DNA from: Octopus sinensis | Taxonomy: Eukaryota | DNA: 64,000 nt | Direction: 5' to 3' | Assembly (NCBI RefSeq): GCF_006345805.1 | Contig: NW_021832437.1 | Coordinates: forward strand, 1-64,000 | Shown here: positions 1 through 12,799 of the stretch, one piece after another | How positions within the stretch are numbered: position 1 is the stretch's first letter | How the letters are laid out: each line of letters opens with the position of its first letter | Notes under the pieces: generated by a model | What the model was told of the DNA's origin: nothing | Databases searched by the model: none | Seen by the model: the letters and a program-made list of their open reading frames with translations, nothing else | Program-made: the position numbers and the translations under genes

Positions 1-861
1 TATATATATATATATATATATCCTTGGTTAATCTCGGTAATCCATGACTAAAATTTTCTTACCGAAGTCTATCTCAAAAATCAAAACCTGTCATAGATTA
101 GCGTGATGAAATAATAGTCACAATTTTCAAGAGTTATTTCCCTTACGTCTAAAAGAACCTAAAATCTGACGTTGATTTTTTTTTTGTCCTTCATCTTTAC
201 TTATTTCACTCATTAGACAACGGACAATGCCCTGGCACCCCCTGGAAGAATTTTAGTCGAACAAATCGAATCGAATGAATCGTGCATCACTTCGCATATC
301 TTATTTGCAGGCTTTGTAAGGCTTATCTGTTTGATGCAGCTGGTAAAGTCTCTGTGAAGATAATAACTAAGACGGTCAATGAATCTTTGATGATGCGAAA
401 AAACAAAAATACAACACAAAACACTTATACGCATGCATGCACGCACACACACACACATACACACACACACACACAAGTGTGGTTGACGATAGAATATCTG
501 ATATACAAAAAGCCAGGATGGTCACAACCAGAATGTCCTCGTTAAGGGCTAACAACCAGAACAGGAAAGGCAACAACAACAAACTGAAAATAGAAACAGA
601 ATCAATATAAAAAAAAAGGATAATGTATGGGAAGAAGGTGTCAGAAAAATATAGAGTCTTTGGAACTTGGAATACAACCTTGTTGCAGAATGTCCCAAGT
701 AGGCGCAGGGAAAAATAAGAAATAGAACCATGACTAACGTATGAGAGTTTTACTCTGGAAGCTTCGTTAGAAATGGGTATTTGAAGCTGGAGGTACATGG
801 TGTGATCATCGGGCAAAGGTACGGCATCAGGGCATTATGATTATTATTATCATTATTATTA

Positions 862-893
<32 letters not shown>

Positions 894-917
894 TATTATT
901 ATTATTATATTATTATT

Positions 918-2823
918 CAGTAGTTTTATTTTTATAGCGTGCTTCACTTCACTACCGAGCGCAGCTCTGTGTGCCTTGGGTATGTGCTGTGATTTGTTGT
1001 GATGCTCTGATGGTTATTGTATGGAAAGTGTTCTGCGTAGGATGTGCAGTGCCTAGTAGTGCAATTTTCTGTATTTATATGTGTTTGTAAGTCCTGGTGT
1101 TTTTGGTGTATTTGTCTGAATATTTTTTATCATGCCTAATGCACCTACTATGATAGGAATTGTTTCTGTTTTCAGGTTCCACTTCTAGTTACCTCTATTT
1201 CCAGGTCTTTGTATTTTGAGAGTTCTCCATTTCTTTTAGAGACACGTTGTCATCTGCCGGTATTGATACATCAATTAGAAAGCATTTTTTTTCTTCATGA
1301 TCTCTGACAACTATATCTGGTCTGTTGGCCTTAATTCTCTATCTGTGTATCGGCATATCCCAGAGTATGGTGCTTTCTCGTTTTCTGTGACCTTTTCTGG
1401 TGTGTGCCTATACCATCTTTTTTCTGTTTATTCCATAATGTTGGCATAGCTTCAAATGTATGTAGGTTCCAACTCTGTCATGTCTGTGAATATATTCCTT
1501 CTTAGCCAGGACTGGGCAGCTAGAGATAATATGATTTATTGTTTCTGTCCATCTCCACATATTCTGCAGTTACTTGTTATATTCTTTTCATTACATGTTT
1601 TTGGTAATTTCTGGTGGGGAGGCTTTGGTCTTGTGCTGCAATTAAAAATCCCTCTGTTTCTGCTTTGAGTCCTGAGCTTCTCAACCATTGCTGGGATTTT
1701 TCTTTGTCTATTTCTTTTGCGTTTAGTTCAGTGCAGTATTTACCATGAAGGGGTTTTTCTTGCCATCGTTTTATCATGGCTCGTTGCTGTTCTAGTTTTA
1801 GTTGGGATTTCATTTGTTTTATAGCTTGTTGTTTCTTCATCATCTTCTTCTTCTTCTTTGTGTTTATTAGGTGGTATGATTTCTTGTTTGTTTGTCAGCT
1901 TCCTTAAATACTGAGAACAGTTTTTTGTTTTGCTCGTGTTTTGCTGCTATCTGGATCAGTTTTCCTTCCTTCTGAAGTAGGTATTTTTGCAGTCCTATGG
2001 TGGTTATTTTATAGTAGTTTTCCAGCTGTATAAGGCCTCTACCACCTTCTATACGTTGTATATATAGTCTTTCTATGTCAGATTTTGGGTGATGCATCCT
2101 AGATCCTCAGTATTTTTCTTGTTTTCCTATCTATTTTGGACAGTTCATTTCGTGTCCAGTTAAGGATATTGTAGCTGTAACTTATAACTGGGACAGCTAA
2201 AGTGTTGATACCATTATCTTGTTTTTAGCATTGAGCTCTGTTTTTAGTATTGATCTAACTCGTCTATAATATTTTTTTTTTATTTTCTCTTTCATTTGTG
2301 TGTGTTGTGTCTTATCTAGTTCATGGATTCCTAAGTATTTGTAAGTTTGGCTTTGGTCTAATTCTTTTATTTCATTGGTTTTATCTAGTGTGATGTTGTT
2401 ACTCTTAACTAGTTTTCCTCTTTTCATGGTTACTTTGGCGCATTTTTCTAATCCAAATCATATCTATTTCTTTGGTAAATCCATGAACTGTCTTTAATAG
2501 TGTTTCCAGCTGTTTGTCATTTGCAGCGTATAGTTTTAGGTCATCCATATATAAAAGGTGGCTGATCGTTTTGCCGTAACATTATATCCGCATCCAGTTC
2601 TATTTAGATATCAGATAGATAGAGGTGACGTGCCAAGCAGAAAAGGAGTGGAGAGAGCGTGTCTCCCTGGAATATTCCTCTTCTAATGGGGATGTCTTTG
2701 GTTTTCATGAGTCCCTCTTTTGTTTGGAGGTGTAGGACTGTTTGCCATTTATTCATAGAGTGCTCTATGAATTTTATGATTGTTGGTGCTACTTTGTTAA
2801 TGGCTAGTGTTTCGAGGATCCAT
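918..2823 (-). mobile_element. R4/Dong-clade non-LTR retrotransposon, family A, 5'-truncated copy
   Basis: Reverse complement is near-identical to 5476-7404. Flanked by (TTA)n on both sides. 3' end is AAAATAAAACTACTG then (AAT)n; 5' break is at ATGGATCC within the RT. Confidence 0.93.
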
Positions 2824-2839
2824 ATTATTATTATTATTA

Positions 2840-2871
<32 letters not shown>

Positions 2872-2875
2872 TATT

Positions 2876-3072
2876 CTATGTTTCACTTTGCTTTATGTCT
2901 GTACAAGTGGCTCCCAGTCTCACCCAGAGACCTCAAGAGACAACAGTTGGAAGTTCTGTGCCATATATTTGGTTTTTTTTTGGTGTTGTACTAGTGAATG
3001 TCTAATACATAAAAATAAAATAAAAAAAGTTTATTTTAAACCTTGGGATTACATAGAGAGTATTTTGCGTAT
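2876..3072 (-). mobile_element. R4/Dong family B, short 3' fragment
   Basis: Reverse complement matches 18115-18325 (ORF end RKILSM* plus 3' UTR GAGGTCTCTGGGTGAGAC). Flanked by (TTA)n. Confidence 0.85.
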
Positions 3073-3100
3073 ATTATTATTATTATTATTATTATTATTA

Positions 3101-3283
3101 AGGCAGTGAGCTGGAAGATTCGTTATCACGCTGGACGAAATACTTGGCGGTATTTCGCCCATCGCTACGCTCTGAGTTCAAATACCGCCGAGGTCGATAA
3201 TTTAAGTACCAGTTAAACACTGAAGTCGATATAATCGACTCATCTCCACCTCCCCCAAGTTGCCCTTGTGGCAAAAATTGACA
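3101..3283 (+). mobile_element. tRNA-derived SINE (family S1)
   Basis: A-box-like TGGAAGATTCG, B-box GAGTTCAAATAC and body GTCGATAATTTAAGTACCAGTT shared with copies at 10.8, 30.9, 41.4, 41.6 and 57.4 kb. Confidence 0.75.
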
Positions 3284-3338
3284 TTATAATAATAATAATA
3301 ATAATAATAATATAATAAAAAATTAATAATTATAACAA

Positions 3339-3414
<76 letters not shown>

Positions 3415-3415
3415 G

Positions 3416-6400
3416 AGGAAGAAGAAGAAGAAGAAGAAGAAGAAGAAAGACACCGGGGACGTTTAAGATGTAAGAAGGAAAATACAGAGCTCCGAAATCT
3501 ATCCACAAACATCGAAAACAAGGACACCCTATGGAGCCAAAGATTTACTAACAAAGAATTGGACTATATCCGAGTAAGTAATACGAATTGAAATTATACT
3601 ATTTTCGAAACGAAAGGATGTATTTTGACTCGATATTATCTCCACTCTAACACAACACATGTAAACATGCGTGGAACAACACGATCATCCCCGACCTCAA
3701 ACACCATGTACAAAGGAACTACGAAGAAATTAAATGCCACCGATACTATTCAACCCAAGAATAACAATCGAGCGGTACGTACATTAAACCTACAACAAAA
3801 AATGTACGAAAAACTACACGTGCGAAATAATGTGACAACAGAAATAAACGGACCGGTACCCTGCGAAAATGACGACCGTCAAAATAATGGGCCGGACGTT
3901 GTACCTCATGTCCCGCAATTAAAACCCAAAAGACGTAAATGGACACGTGAGGAATACATTTCTATCTTACACGCATACTTCACAGCAATGCTACCCAAAA
4001 AATGAAAATACAACAACACATACATATAAAATATGGAAGGAAAATAATAGAGATATAGACTTGGATACAGCAATGAACCCTAATAAATTAGCTAACGTAC
4101 GAAGATAGATTCTCAAAGCCAAAAAAATATCAGAAATAGAAATAGAACATTTAAAAGAAAAAATACACCAGAAAATGTAGATAGAAGCCACACAACAATG
4201 CCCAATAATATAAACACTGAAACTGTAAAACACGAAGACAAACGCAACATTCCCAACAAACACGATGTAAACAACGAAGGGGAGCCTAATGATTATGATA
4301 ATATAAAAAATAAAATAATCAAAGAACTAAAAACCACAGAGCTCAAAATGGACCACCGACCATACCTCCCAAGAATAAAAATAAACGCAATAACAACACC
4401 AATTATAAACAACATAAACCTAGCCGTCACTGAACTAGCCACTGAAACAAAAAAAAGTGATATCACTGAACTAAATGACCTGATATACGCAGCAGCCACT
4501 GCAGCCACAAAAGAAGCTGGATACTCACCCAAACCCGCCCAAACAGGAGTACCACCACCCAAACAAACCCCGTGGGTAAATAACATCCAAAACAAAATAA
4601 AAAAAATTAGAAAAGACCTGTCGATTCTTAATGAAATCAGCAAACAAGCAATGCTACTGAGCAACAAAAAGAGAACAAAAATTCTCCGCAAATATAACAT
4701 CACACAAAAAGATTTGCCGGAGATAAAAGAAAAGCTGAAGCAAGATATCCTTGCCAAAGCTCAAAGGATCCGCCGGTACGAGAAACGCCAACGCTTCTTT
4801 GAACAGAACAAAAAGTTCAACTCCGACCCCAAAAAGTTCTACCAAGAACTGGGCAAAAATAAAATAGAAGTCACTGCAGCACCAACGGCAGAAGAATTGG
4901 AAGAATTCTGGAAAGAAATATGGTCGGCGAACGAACAGCCAAAAAAAAGGAGTATGAAAATAACAAACTCGGCATCTGAACAACTTTGGACCCCCATAAC
5001 AACTGAAGAGGTCACCCAGGCACTGCAAAAACTAAACAACACGGAAGGCACCTGGGCATGACAAGATCCCCAACTTCTGGTTGAAATATCTAACAGGAAT
5101 GCACAAAAAGCTGGCTGAAAACTTTAACAGCATACTAGCAGGGCCAGAGACAATGCCTGAATGGCTCACGAAGGGGAGAACCATCCTAATTCCCAAATCA
5201 AATGAAACAACAAAACCAGAAAACTACAGACCAATAACCTGCCTCCCTACTATGTTCAAGGCATTTACTGCAGTGATATCGCAAAGGCTGAACAAGCACC
5301 TGGACGAAAACAAACTGTTCCCAGAAGAGCAGAAAGGATGCCGCAAGGGCTCATATGGCTGTAAAGATCAACTAATGATTAATAAAGCCGTAACTGAAGA
5401 CAGCCACAGAAAGAAGAAAGGCCTCAGTATGGCCTGGATTGACTACAAAAAGGCGTTTGATAGCATCCCCCACACATGGATCCTCGAAACACTAGCCATT
5501 AACAAAGCAGCACCAACAATCATAAAATTCATAGAGCACTCTATGAATAAATGGCAAACAGTCCTACACCTCCAAACAAAAGAGGAACTCATGAAAACCA
5601 AAGACATCCCCATTAGAAGAGGAATATTCCAGGGAGACACGCTCTCTCCACTCCTTTTCTGCTTGGCACTGTCACCTCTATCTGATATGCTAAATAGAAC
5701 TGGATGCGGATATAAATGTTACGGCAAAACGATCAGCCACTTTTTATATATGGATGACCTAAAACTATACGCTGCAAATGACAAACAGCTGGAAACACTA
5801 TTAAAGACAGTTCATGGATTACCAAAGAAATAGATATGAAATTTGGATTAGAAAAATGCGCCAAAGTAACCATGAAAAGAGGAAAACTAGTTAAGAGTAA
5901 CAACATCACACTAGATAAAACCAATGAAATAAAAGAATTAGACCAAAGCCAAACTTACAAATACTTAGGAATCCATGAACTAGATAAGACACAACACACA
6001 CAAATGAAAGAGAAAATAAAAAAAGAATATTATAGACGAGTTAGATCAATACTAAAAACAGAGCTCAATGCTAAAAACAAGATAATAGGTATCAACACTT
6101 TAGCTGTCCCAGTTATAAGTTACAGCTACAATATCCTTAACTGGACACGAAAGAACTGTCCAAAATAGATAGGAAAACAAGAAAAATACTGACAGGATCT
6201 AGGATGCATCACCCAAAATCTGACATAGAAAGACTATATATACAACGTATAGAAGGTGGTAGAGGCCTTATACAGCTGGAAAACTACTATAAAATAACCA
6301 CCATAGGACTGCAAAAATACCTACTTCAGAAGGAAGGAAAACTGATCCAGATAGCAGCAAAACACGAGCAAAACAAAAAACTGTTCTCAGTATTTAAGGA

Positions 6401-7404
6401 AGCTGACAAATACAAACAAGAAATCATACCACCTAATAAACACAAAGAAGAAGAAGAAGATGATGAAGAAACAACAAAAGCTATAAAACAAATGAAATCC
6501 CAACTAAAACTAGAACAGCAACGAGCCATGATAAAACGATGGCAAGAAAAACCCCTTCATGGTAAATACTGCACTGAACTAAACGCAAAAGAAATAGACA
6601 AAGAAAAATCCCAGCAATGGTTGAGAAGCTCAGGACTCAAAGCAGAAACAGAGGGATTTTTAATTGCAGCACAAGACCAAAGCCTCCCCACCAGAAATTA
6701 CCAAAAACATGTAATGAAAAGAAATATAACAAGTAACTGCAGAATATGTGGAGATGGACAAGAAACAATAAATCATATTATCTCTAGCTGCCCAGTCCTG
6801 GCTAAGAAGGAATATATTCACAGACATGACAGAGTTGGAACCTACATACATTTGAAGCTATGCCAACATTATGGAATAACAACAGAAAAAAGATGGTATA
6901 GGCACACACCAGAAAAGGTCACAGAAAACGAGAAAGCAACCATACTCTGGGATATGCCGATACACACATAGAGAGAAATTAAGGCCAACAGACCAGATAT
7001 AGTTGTCAGAGATCATGAAGAAAAAAAATGCTTTCTAATTGATGTATCAATACCGGCAGATGACAACGTGTCTCTAAAAGAAATGGAGAAACTCTCAAAA
7101 TACAAAGACCTGGAAATAGAGGTAACTAGAATGTGGAACCTGAAAACAGAAACAATTCCTATCATAGTAGGTGCATTAGGCATGATAAAAAAATATTCAG
7201 ACAAATACATAACAAAAACACCAGGACTTACAAACACATATAACATACAGAAAATTGCACTACTAGGCACTGCACACATCCTACGCAGAACACTTTCCAT
7301 ACAATAACCATCAGAGCATCACAACAAATCACAGCACATACCCAAGGCACACAGAGCTGCGCTCGGTAGTGAAGTGAAAGCACGCTATAAAAATAAAACT
7401 ACTG
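3416..7404 (+). mobile_element. R4/Dong-clade non-LTR retrotransposon, family A, near full length (~4 kb)
   Basis: (AAT)n on both sides. One long disrupted ORF followed by a ~95 bp 3' UTR ending AAAATAAAACTACTG, identical to the ends of three other copies. Confidence 0.95.
3451..7307 (+). pseudogene. Single-ORF RT + CCHC zinc finger + restriction-like (PD-D/ExK) endonuclease polyprotein, frameshifted
   Basis: N-terminal RRKWTREE; RT motifs PENYRPITCLPT, EEQKGCR, WIDYKKAFDS, GIFQGDTLSPLLF, YMDDLKLY; finger CRICGDGQETINHIISSC; RLE RPDIVV...IDVSIP...EKLSKYKDL; terminal LLGTAHILRRTL. Split over ORFs 3625, 4198, 5081, 5836, 6204 and 7068. Confidence 0.93.
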
Positions 7405-7417
7405 AATAATAATAATA

Positions 7418-7473
<56 letters not shown>

Positions 7474-7959
7474 GTACATTGTTTTGTCTTGGTATAAAAG
7501 ATGGGCTACAGCAAATATTCTGCTCAATACCACAGATTTGCTTGTAAGTTGTTTGACCTTAACCAGTTGAGCATGTCCCTTAGTGGCTGACGATATGTGC
7601 ATCTCTGATCACGAGTAGAAGTAATGGGGGAGCATCATAGCCATGTGTTGAGAGGAATTCTTGGAGGTTTGGATAATTCACCTTTGGAAACATGGGTGGT
7701 TTGTTCAACATCCTAAAACAACCCTTATTCAGGGACCTTTTGAGCGAGATGGGTTACTGACCAGAAGAAAATTCTAACTGGGCCCCACCTGCAAGGTCAT
7801 GTGCTGTTTATCTTGATATGAGATCACCATGTCACGCACATATGGTTGTGATGCATGTGCCTGGTGTACCCTTATCAGACGGGTAGTCATGATGGGTATA
7901 CTGGGTTTCGTATATTTTACCCCAGTGTCACTTTGATGGCATGCACTGCTCTCTCACTC
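7474..7959 (+). mobile_element. Non-coding (AAT)n-embedded retroelement (family N), 5'-truncated
   Basis: Homologous to 16669-16803 and 21306-21833. Fixed 3' end CTGCTCTCTCACTC then (AAT)n; variable 5' ends. Confidence 0.8.
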
Positions 7960-7972
7960 AATAATAATAATA

Positions 7973-8095
<123 letters not shown>

Positions 8096-8205
8096 TTTAG
8101 CCAAAACACATGTCGGATCAGAGGAAATATTAACAATGACAAATAGTAAAAAATGAAAATAATAATGTCAGTGATGATGATAATAATAATAATAATAATA
8201 ATAAT

Positions 8206-9248
8206 GAAAGGAAGCGGTTGGAATCTCTATGCTCTGACTGATGATACATCTAGTGATAATGTCACAATAAAAAGACTGGTAATTGCACAACCTGATAATC
8301 GCTACCTCATATGAGTGAAAATGAAAAAACAAAATATTGTGAATAACGGTGGTAATGAAACTGAAGCTCTTGATGGTGACAGTGTTATACCTGGCACGCT
8401 CAGAGTTACTGGTCTGACTCCAGCCTGTCGTTATCCAACAAGGGAGCAGCACACACGGCGTAGATGGAACAAACAAGTCAATGCTGTGGTCATGGAGTGG
8501 TACTACCTGAGAAACCCCGTATGCGAAAATGGTGTTCATCTTAGGGGATACCGACAACGTACGTGTGATCAATGGAGAGAAAGTGAATTGTTTCAACTCA
8601 CGGAACAGAGATTATGTGATCAAGCTTGAGCAATAAGAAAAAAATCGTTGGTTCACAAAAGTAGAGCTCGAAGCTATCAAAAGATGGGTATTGGAAAACA
8701 GCTGCAGAAGAAGCGATGAAACGACAGTTCCTACTGATAAAAGTAATATCATAGCAGAAAACAGGTGAAATCTCTAATAAACCACAGAAGAGGAACAGTG
8801 ATAGCTTGCTCAATAAGATACATATAGATGGCTTGGAAGAAGGCAAAAAAAAAATAAAATAATGGTGGCATGACAGACGGGCAAAAGTCAATCTACGACA
8901 GAATAAAGGCGAGGCTTCTCTAAAAAAATGCAGAAACTTTCAAAATACAAGGACCTGGAAGTAGAGAGAACTCGAATGTGGAGTCTAAAACAGAAAAAAT
9001 TCCTATCATAGTAGATGCATTAAGTTTGATTTAAAAATTATTTAGACAAATACATAGCAAAAACACCAGGAGTAACAAGTAAATGTAACATACAGAAAAT
9101 AGCACGACCAGGCACCGCACACATCCTACGTAAAAAAATTTCAATACAGTAACAATAAGAGCATCTTAACAAACCATCACGCTTACCCAAGGCCCACAGA
9201 GCTGAGCTCGGTAGTGCAGTGAATACACGTGGTAAAATATGACTACTC
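8206..9248 (+). mobile_element. Internally deleted R4/Dong derivative (N-terminal region joined to RLE end and 3' UTR)
   Basis: 8315-8629 encodes RRRWNKQVNAVVMEWYY...GYRQR...TEQRLCDQA (R4-type N-terminus). From ~8910 it resembles the family A 3' end (SKYKDLEVE..RMW). Ends GACTACTC then (AAT)n. Confidence 0.8.
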
Positions 9249-9281
9249 AATAATGATGATGATGATGATGATAATAATAAC

Positions 9282-9329
<48 letters not shown>

Positions 9330-9379
9330 AATACTACTACTACTACTACTACTATACTACTAATAATAATAATAATAAT

Positions 9380-10054
9380 TGCCCTTGCTTCCTTGCAAGC
9401 GCTGAGAACAAACTACATAAAATACAGAATAGACAAAACGGTGAACCGTATTGCATATTACCAGCCTATGTACGCCACTAGCCCAGAAGAAATATGAGAG
9501 ACGCCACGACAATATAGCCAGGCTTGTCCACTGGACACTTTGCAACAGGTATGGACTTGACAGAGCAAAAAATTGGTACGACCACAAACCTGAAGGCATC
9601 GTCGAAAATAGAAATGCAAAGATCCTATGGGATTTTATGATTCAGTGCGATCATGAGATAGAGAATAGTAAGCCAGACATTGAGAAAGAAAACAAACTAT
9701 ACTGGATCATAGATATAGCATGCCTAGCTGACAACAAGGTATGCGATAAGGAAGAAAGAAAAGTTGAGAGATATGACAGGTGAGTTTGGAAAGTTAAGAT
9801 TTGAGGTCGATGAAAAAGGTAGCAGTAGTACCAATAATTGTCGGAGCCCTGGGAACATTGAGCAAAATCTCGAGAAGTACGTGGAACAAATAGGGGCTGC
9901 AATAAGGGTGGATCACTTGCAGAAAACAGCACTGATTGGAACCACTCGAATACTCCGGAAGATGCTGGAAAAATAAGAGGTGTTACCTTAGTTAACTGGT
10001 AGGGAACAGCTGACATTGTAGTACATCTTCAGCGATAGAAGCTGTGCAAAGGCA
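9380..10054 (+). mobile_element. R4/Dong family C 3' fragment
   Basis: RRHDNIARLVHWTLC...ILWDF...SKPDI...IIDIACLADNKV; LQKTALIGTTRILRKML*. 3' UTR ends GTGCAAAGGCA then AAT repeats. Confidence 0.88.
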
Positions 10055-10076
10055 ATGATAACAACAACAATAATAA

Positions 10077-10742
10077 TGGAAATGAATGACAAGCAGCCAG
10101 TGGAACAGAACGGGTGTAGAAGGAAAAACCGAGCGACAAAAGACCAATTATCTGATAGACAGAATGGTATTGAACATTTGCAAGAAAAGTCTTACGAATC
10201 TGGGCATGGCGTGGATCGACTATAAAAAAGCATATGACATAGTCCTACATATTTGAATTTTAGAAAGCCTTGAGCTGGTACAGGTGTCTGATAATATATG
10301 AAATTTTATGAGGAGACCAATGAAAAACTGGAATGTGATAGATAAAAGAAGAAATTGAACTAAGATCATAGATATTGCAATACCTGGAGATGCACGCGTA
10401 AGTGACAAAAAAATTATTGAAAAGTAGACTATTAAAAGACGAAATTGCAAGAATGTAGACTATTTAGAGAGTGTCTGTCATTTCAGTAGTTGTAGGGGCA
10501 CTTGGAGCACTAACAGAAATATGTCAGAGAAATCGGAATTGACATAAGACCAGAGCAAGCCCCCAAAACTGCTCTGTTGGGACAGCTAGGATTTTGAGAT
10601 GTCTCCCATGATAAATAACAACTAAGTATCAATGCTTATAATGTGCGGAAAGAGACCCTGTGAGACCTCTGACAACAGGCTGCTGTCCGCTCTCAAAGAA
10701 TCTACCAGAACAAACAAGACTGAACGTTCTGAGAAGTAAAAC
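10077..10742 (+). mobile_element. Degraded, internally deleted R4/Dong copy (family G)
   Basis: RT remnant (EQNGCRRK.RATKDQL; AWIDYKKAYD) jumps to an RLE remnant (KIIDIAIPGD) and then a distinct 3' UTR. AAT repeats on both sides. Confidence 0.72.
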
Positions 10743-10764
10743 AATAATAATGATGATGATGATG

Positions 10765-10807
<43 letters not shown>

Positions 10808-10813
10808 TGATGA

Positions 10814-11000
10814 TCCTTTCTACTATAGGCACAATGCATGAACTTTTGGGGGAAAGGCAGAAGCGATTACATCGACCCCAGCACTCTAGTGGTACTAATT
10901 TTAACGACCCTGAAAGGTTGAAAGGTAAAGTTGACCATGGCAGAATTTGCACTCAAAACGGAGCGACGGATGCGATGCCGCTAACTGCTAACATGATTAA
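10814..11000 (-). mobile_element. tRNA-derived SINE S1
   Basis: Reverse complement of the S1 body, ending ...TATAGTAGAAAGGA plus an (ATT/ATC)n tail. Confidence 0.72.
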
Positions 11001-11019
11001 AAAAGATTGGTACAAATGT

Positions 11020-11181
11020 TAAGGTAGAACACATGCAAAAATCTTCCTTTCTTGCAACTGCAAATGTTCTCCACAGATTTGTTGAAGCATGACCAGTAAA
11101 ACAAGTGCCACCTTAGTCTGCTGGCTGTGGACAGCTGAAACTTTCCATCATACCCAGAAAAATAAGCTGTGAGACCTCATC
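11020..11181 (+). mobile_element. 3' tip of another R4/Dong family
   Basis: Encodes VEHMQKSSFLATANVLHRFVEA*, the typical QK..LL.TA.IL ORF end. Short UTR then (AAT)n. Confidence 0.6.
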
Positions 11182-11183
11182 AC

Positions 11184-11247
<64 letters not shown>

Positions 11248-11250
<3 letters not shown>

Positions 11251-12284
11251 CCTTGGTATAGACGAAAGTAACGGCATAAAACATACAACAATGAAAGAGA
11301 AGATTAGAAAAGAGTACTACAAGAGAGTACTGTTAGTAGCAATGACTGAACTCAACGCTGCAAACAAAATAGAAGCCATTAACACTCTTGCAGTACCAAT
11401 CGTATATTACAGTTTCAACGTAATCAACTGGCAAATGAGCGAAATAAAGAAGCTATACTCAAAGACCAGAAAACTACTAACCATGGCTCGAATGAACCAC
11501 TCAAAAGCGGACGGGAACAGGATTTATTTACCGAGAAGCATGGGAGGAAGAGGACTAACTCAATTAGAATTATCTTACAAAACCACCACTGTAGGATTAA
11601 AGACATATCTTTAGCTGTCAAAAGACCCTCTAATGAATCTTGTGCACCAGCATGATAAAGTAAAGAAGCTATATTCGATATACAAAGAATCTATATAGTT
11701 TAAGGAACAACTGATGACGCAGTAACCTAGGATGAAGGCGAGTGAGAAAGTAACCCAGTTTGCTAAAAGAGTTAAGGAAGAGATGAAAATACAAGCCCAA
11801 AAGAAGAGTAAAGAAGAATGGCTAGAAAAATCGATGCATGGACGATACACATGTAAAGTGAACAAACCAGACGTAGAAAAACGAGACACTCATGTATGGA
11901 TGAAGAGCTCAGGACTGAAGGCTGAAACCGAAGGTTTTATTATAGCAGCACAAGATCAAAGCTTGGCAACCAGGGCTTACCACAACAAAATAATGAACAA
12001 TAGCACTGACCCGAAATGCAGAATGTGTCATGAGCAAGATGAAACAGTGGACCACATCTTAACTGGATGCAAAGCGCTTGCAAAAACCGAATATATTCAT
12101 TGATACGATAGAGTAGCGCAATATTTCCATTGGAAGATATGTAAACACTACCAGCTTCCAACTTCAGAAAGATGGTACCAACATAAACCTGAAACTGTAA
12201 CCGGAAAAGATGATGTGACAGTACTCTGGGACATGCCAATCAACCCCGGTTCAGTAGAAGACAACGGACCATATTTTATTTTAA
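11248..12284 (+). mobile_element. R4/Dong family D fragment (post-RT region, zinc finger, start of RLE)
   Basis: ELNAANKIEAINTLAVP; RIYLPRSMGGRGL; GLKAETEGFIIAAQDQSL; CRMCHEQDETVDHILTGC. (AAT)n at both ends. Confidence 0.88.
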
Positions 12285-12310
12285 AATAATAATAATAATA
12301 ATAATAATAA

Positions 12311-12770
12311 TAGAAATTGGCACAATGTGGAACCTCAAGACTAAAACACCACCTGTTGTCATAGGTGCCGTAGGAAGGCTAGCAAAATGGGGTTGATTGC
12401 TACCTAGCTCAGATACCAGGAAATCCAAAAATGGATGAAATTCAAGAAATGGTCCTCATTGTCTATGTAATTCCCCAAATATTTTAATCCGTAAACAGAG
12501 TCAAAATACTTTTAAATGTACATAACAGCAAACACCTTTTACTGTTATCTTAACATCAGACTATCATCTTATAATCAATTGACTTTTAAAACAAACTTCT
12601 AATTTACTTATGTTTTGACAGACATTCTCTAGAACAATACTCAGTGCAAAACCAAATATATGGGACCCTAGTCATACCACCAACTCGAACTTCTAATATG
12701 TTGTCTCTTGAGGTCTCTGGGTGAGACTTGGAGTCAACTTGTACAGATACAAAGCAAAAGCCAAGCATAT
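12311..12770 (+). mobile_element. R4/Dong family B 3' fragment
   Basis: EIGTMWNLKTKTPPVVIGA and 3' UTR CTCTTGAGGTCTCTGGGTGAGACTTGGAG. Confidence 0.8.
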
Positions 12771-12799
12771 GATAAAAAAAAATAATGATGATGATGATG

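Noticed and set aside
213-545. Overlapping 87 aa ORFs; possible host exon or pogo-like DNA(P)GHP remnant
   Set aside because: No recognisable domain, and both ORFs run into a (CA)n tract; too little support.
3202-3554. Poly-L/I/Y/N ORFs here and at many other tracts (24.3-25.1, 41.7-42.0, 59.7-60.9 kb)
   Set aside because: These are translations of stop-free microsatellite frames.
3416-3625. HDV-like ribozyme expected at the 5' end of an R2/R4-type element
   Set aside because: I could not assemble the nested double pseudoknot by eye, and the region reads as coding. A similar attempt on family N (CTAAGGGAC on the minus strand) lacked P3/L3.
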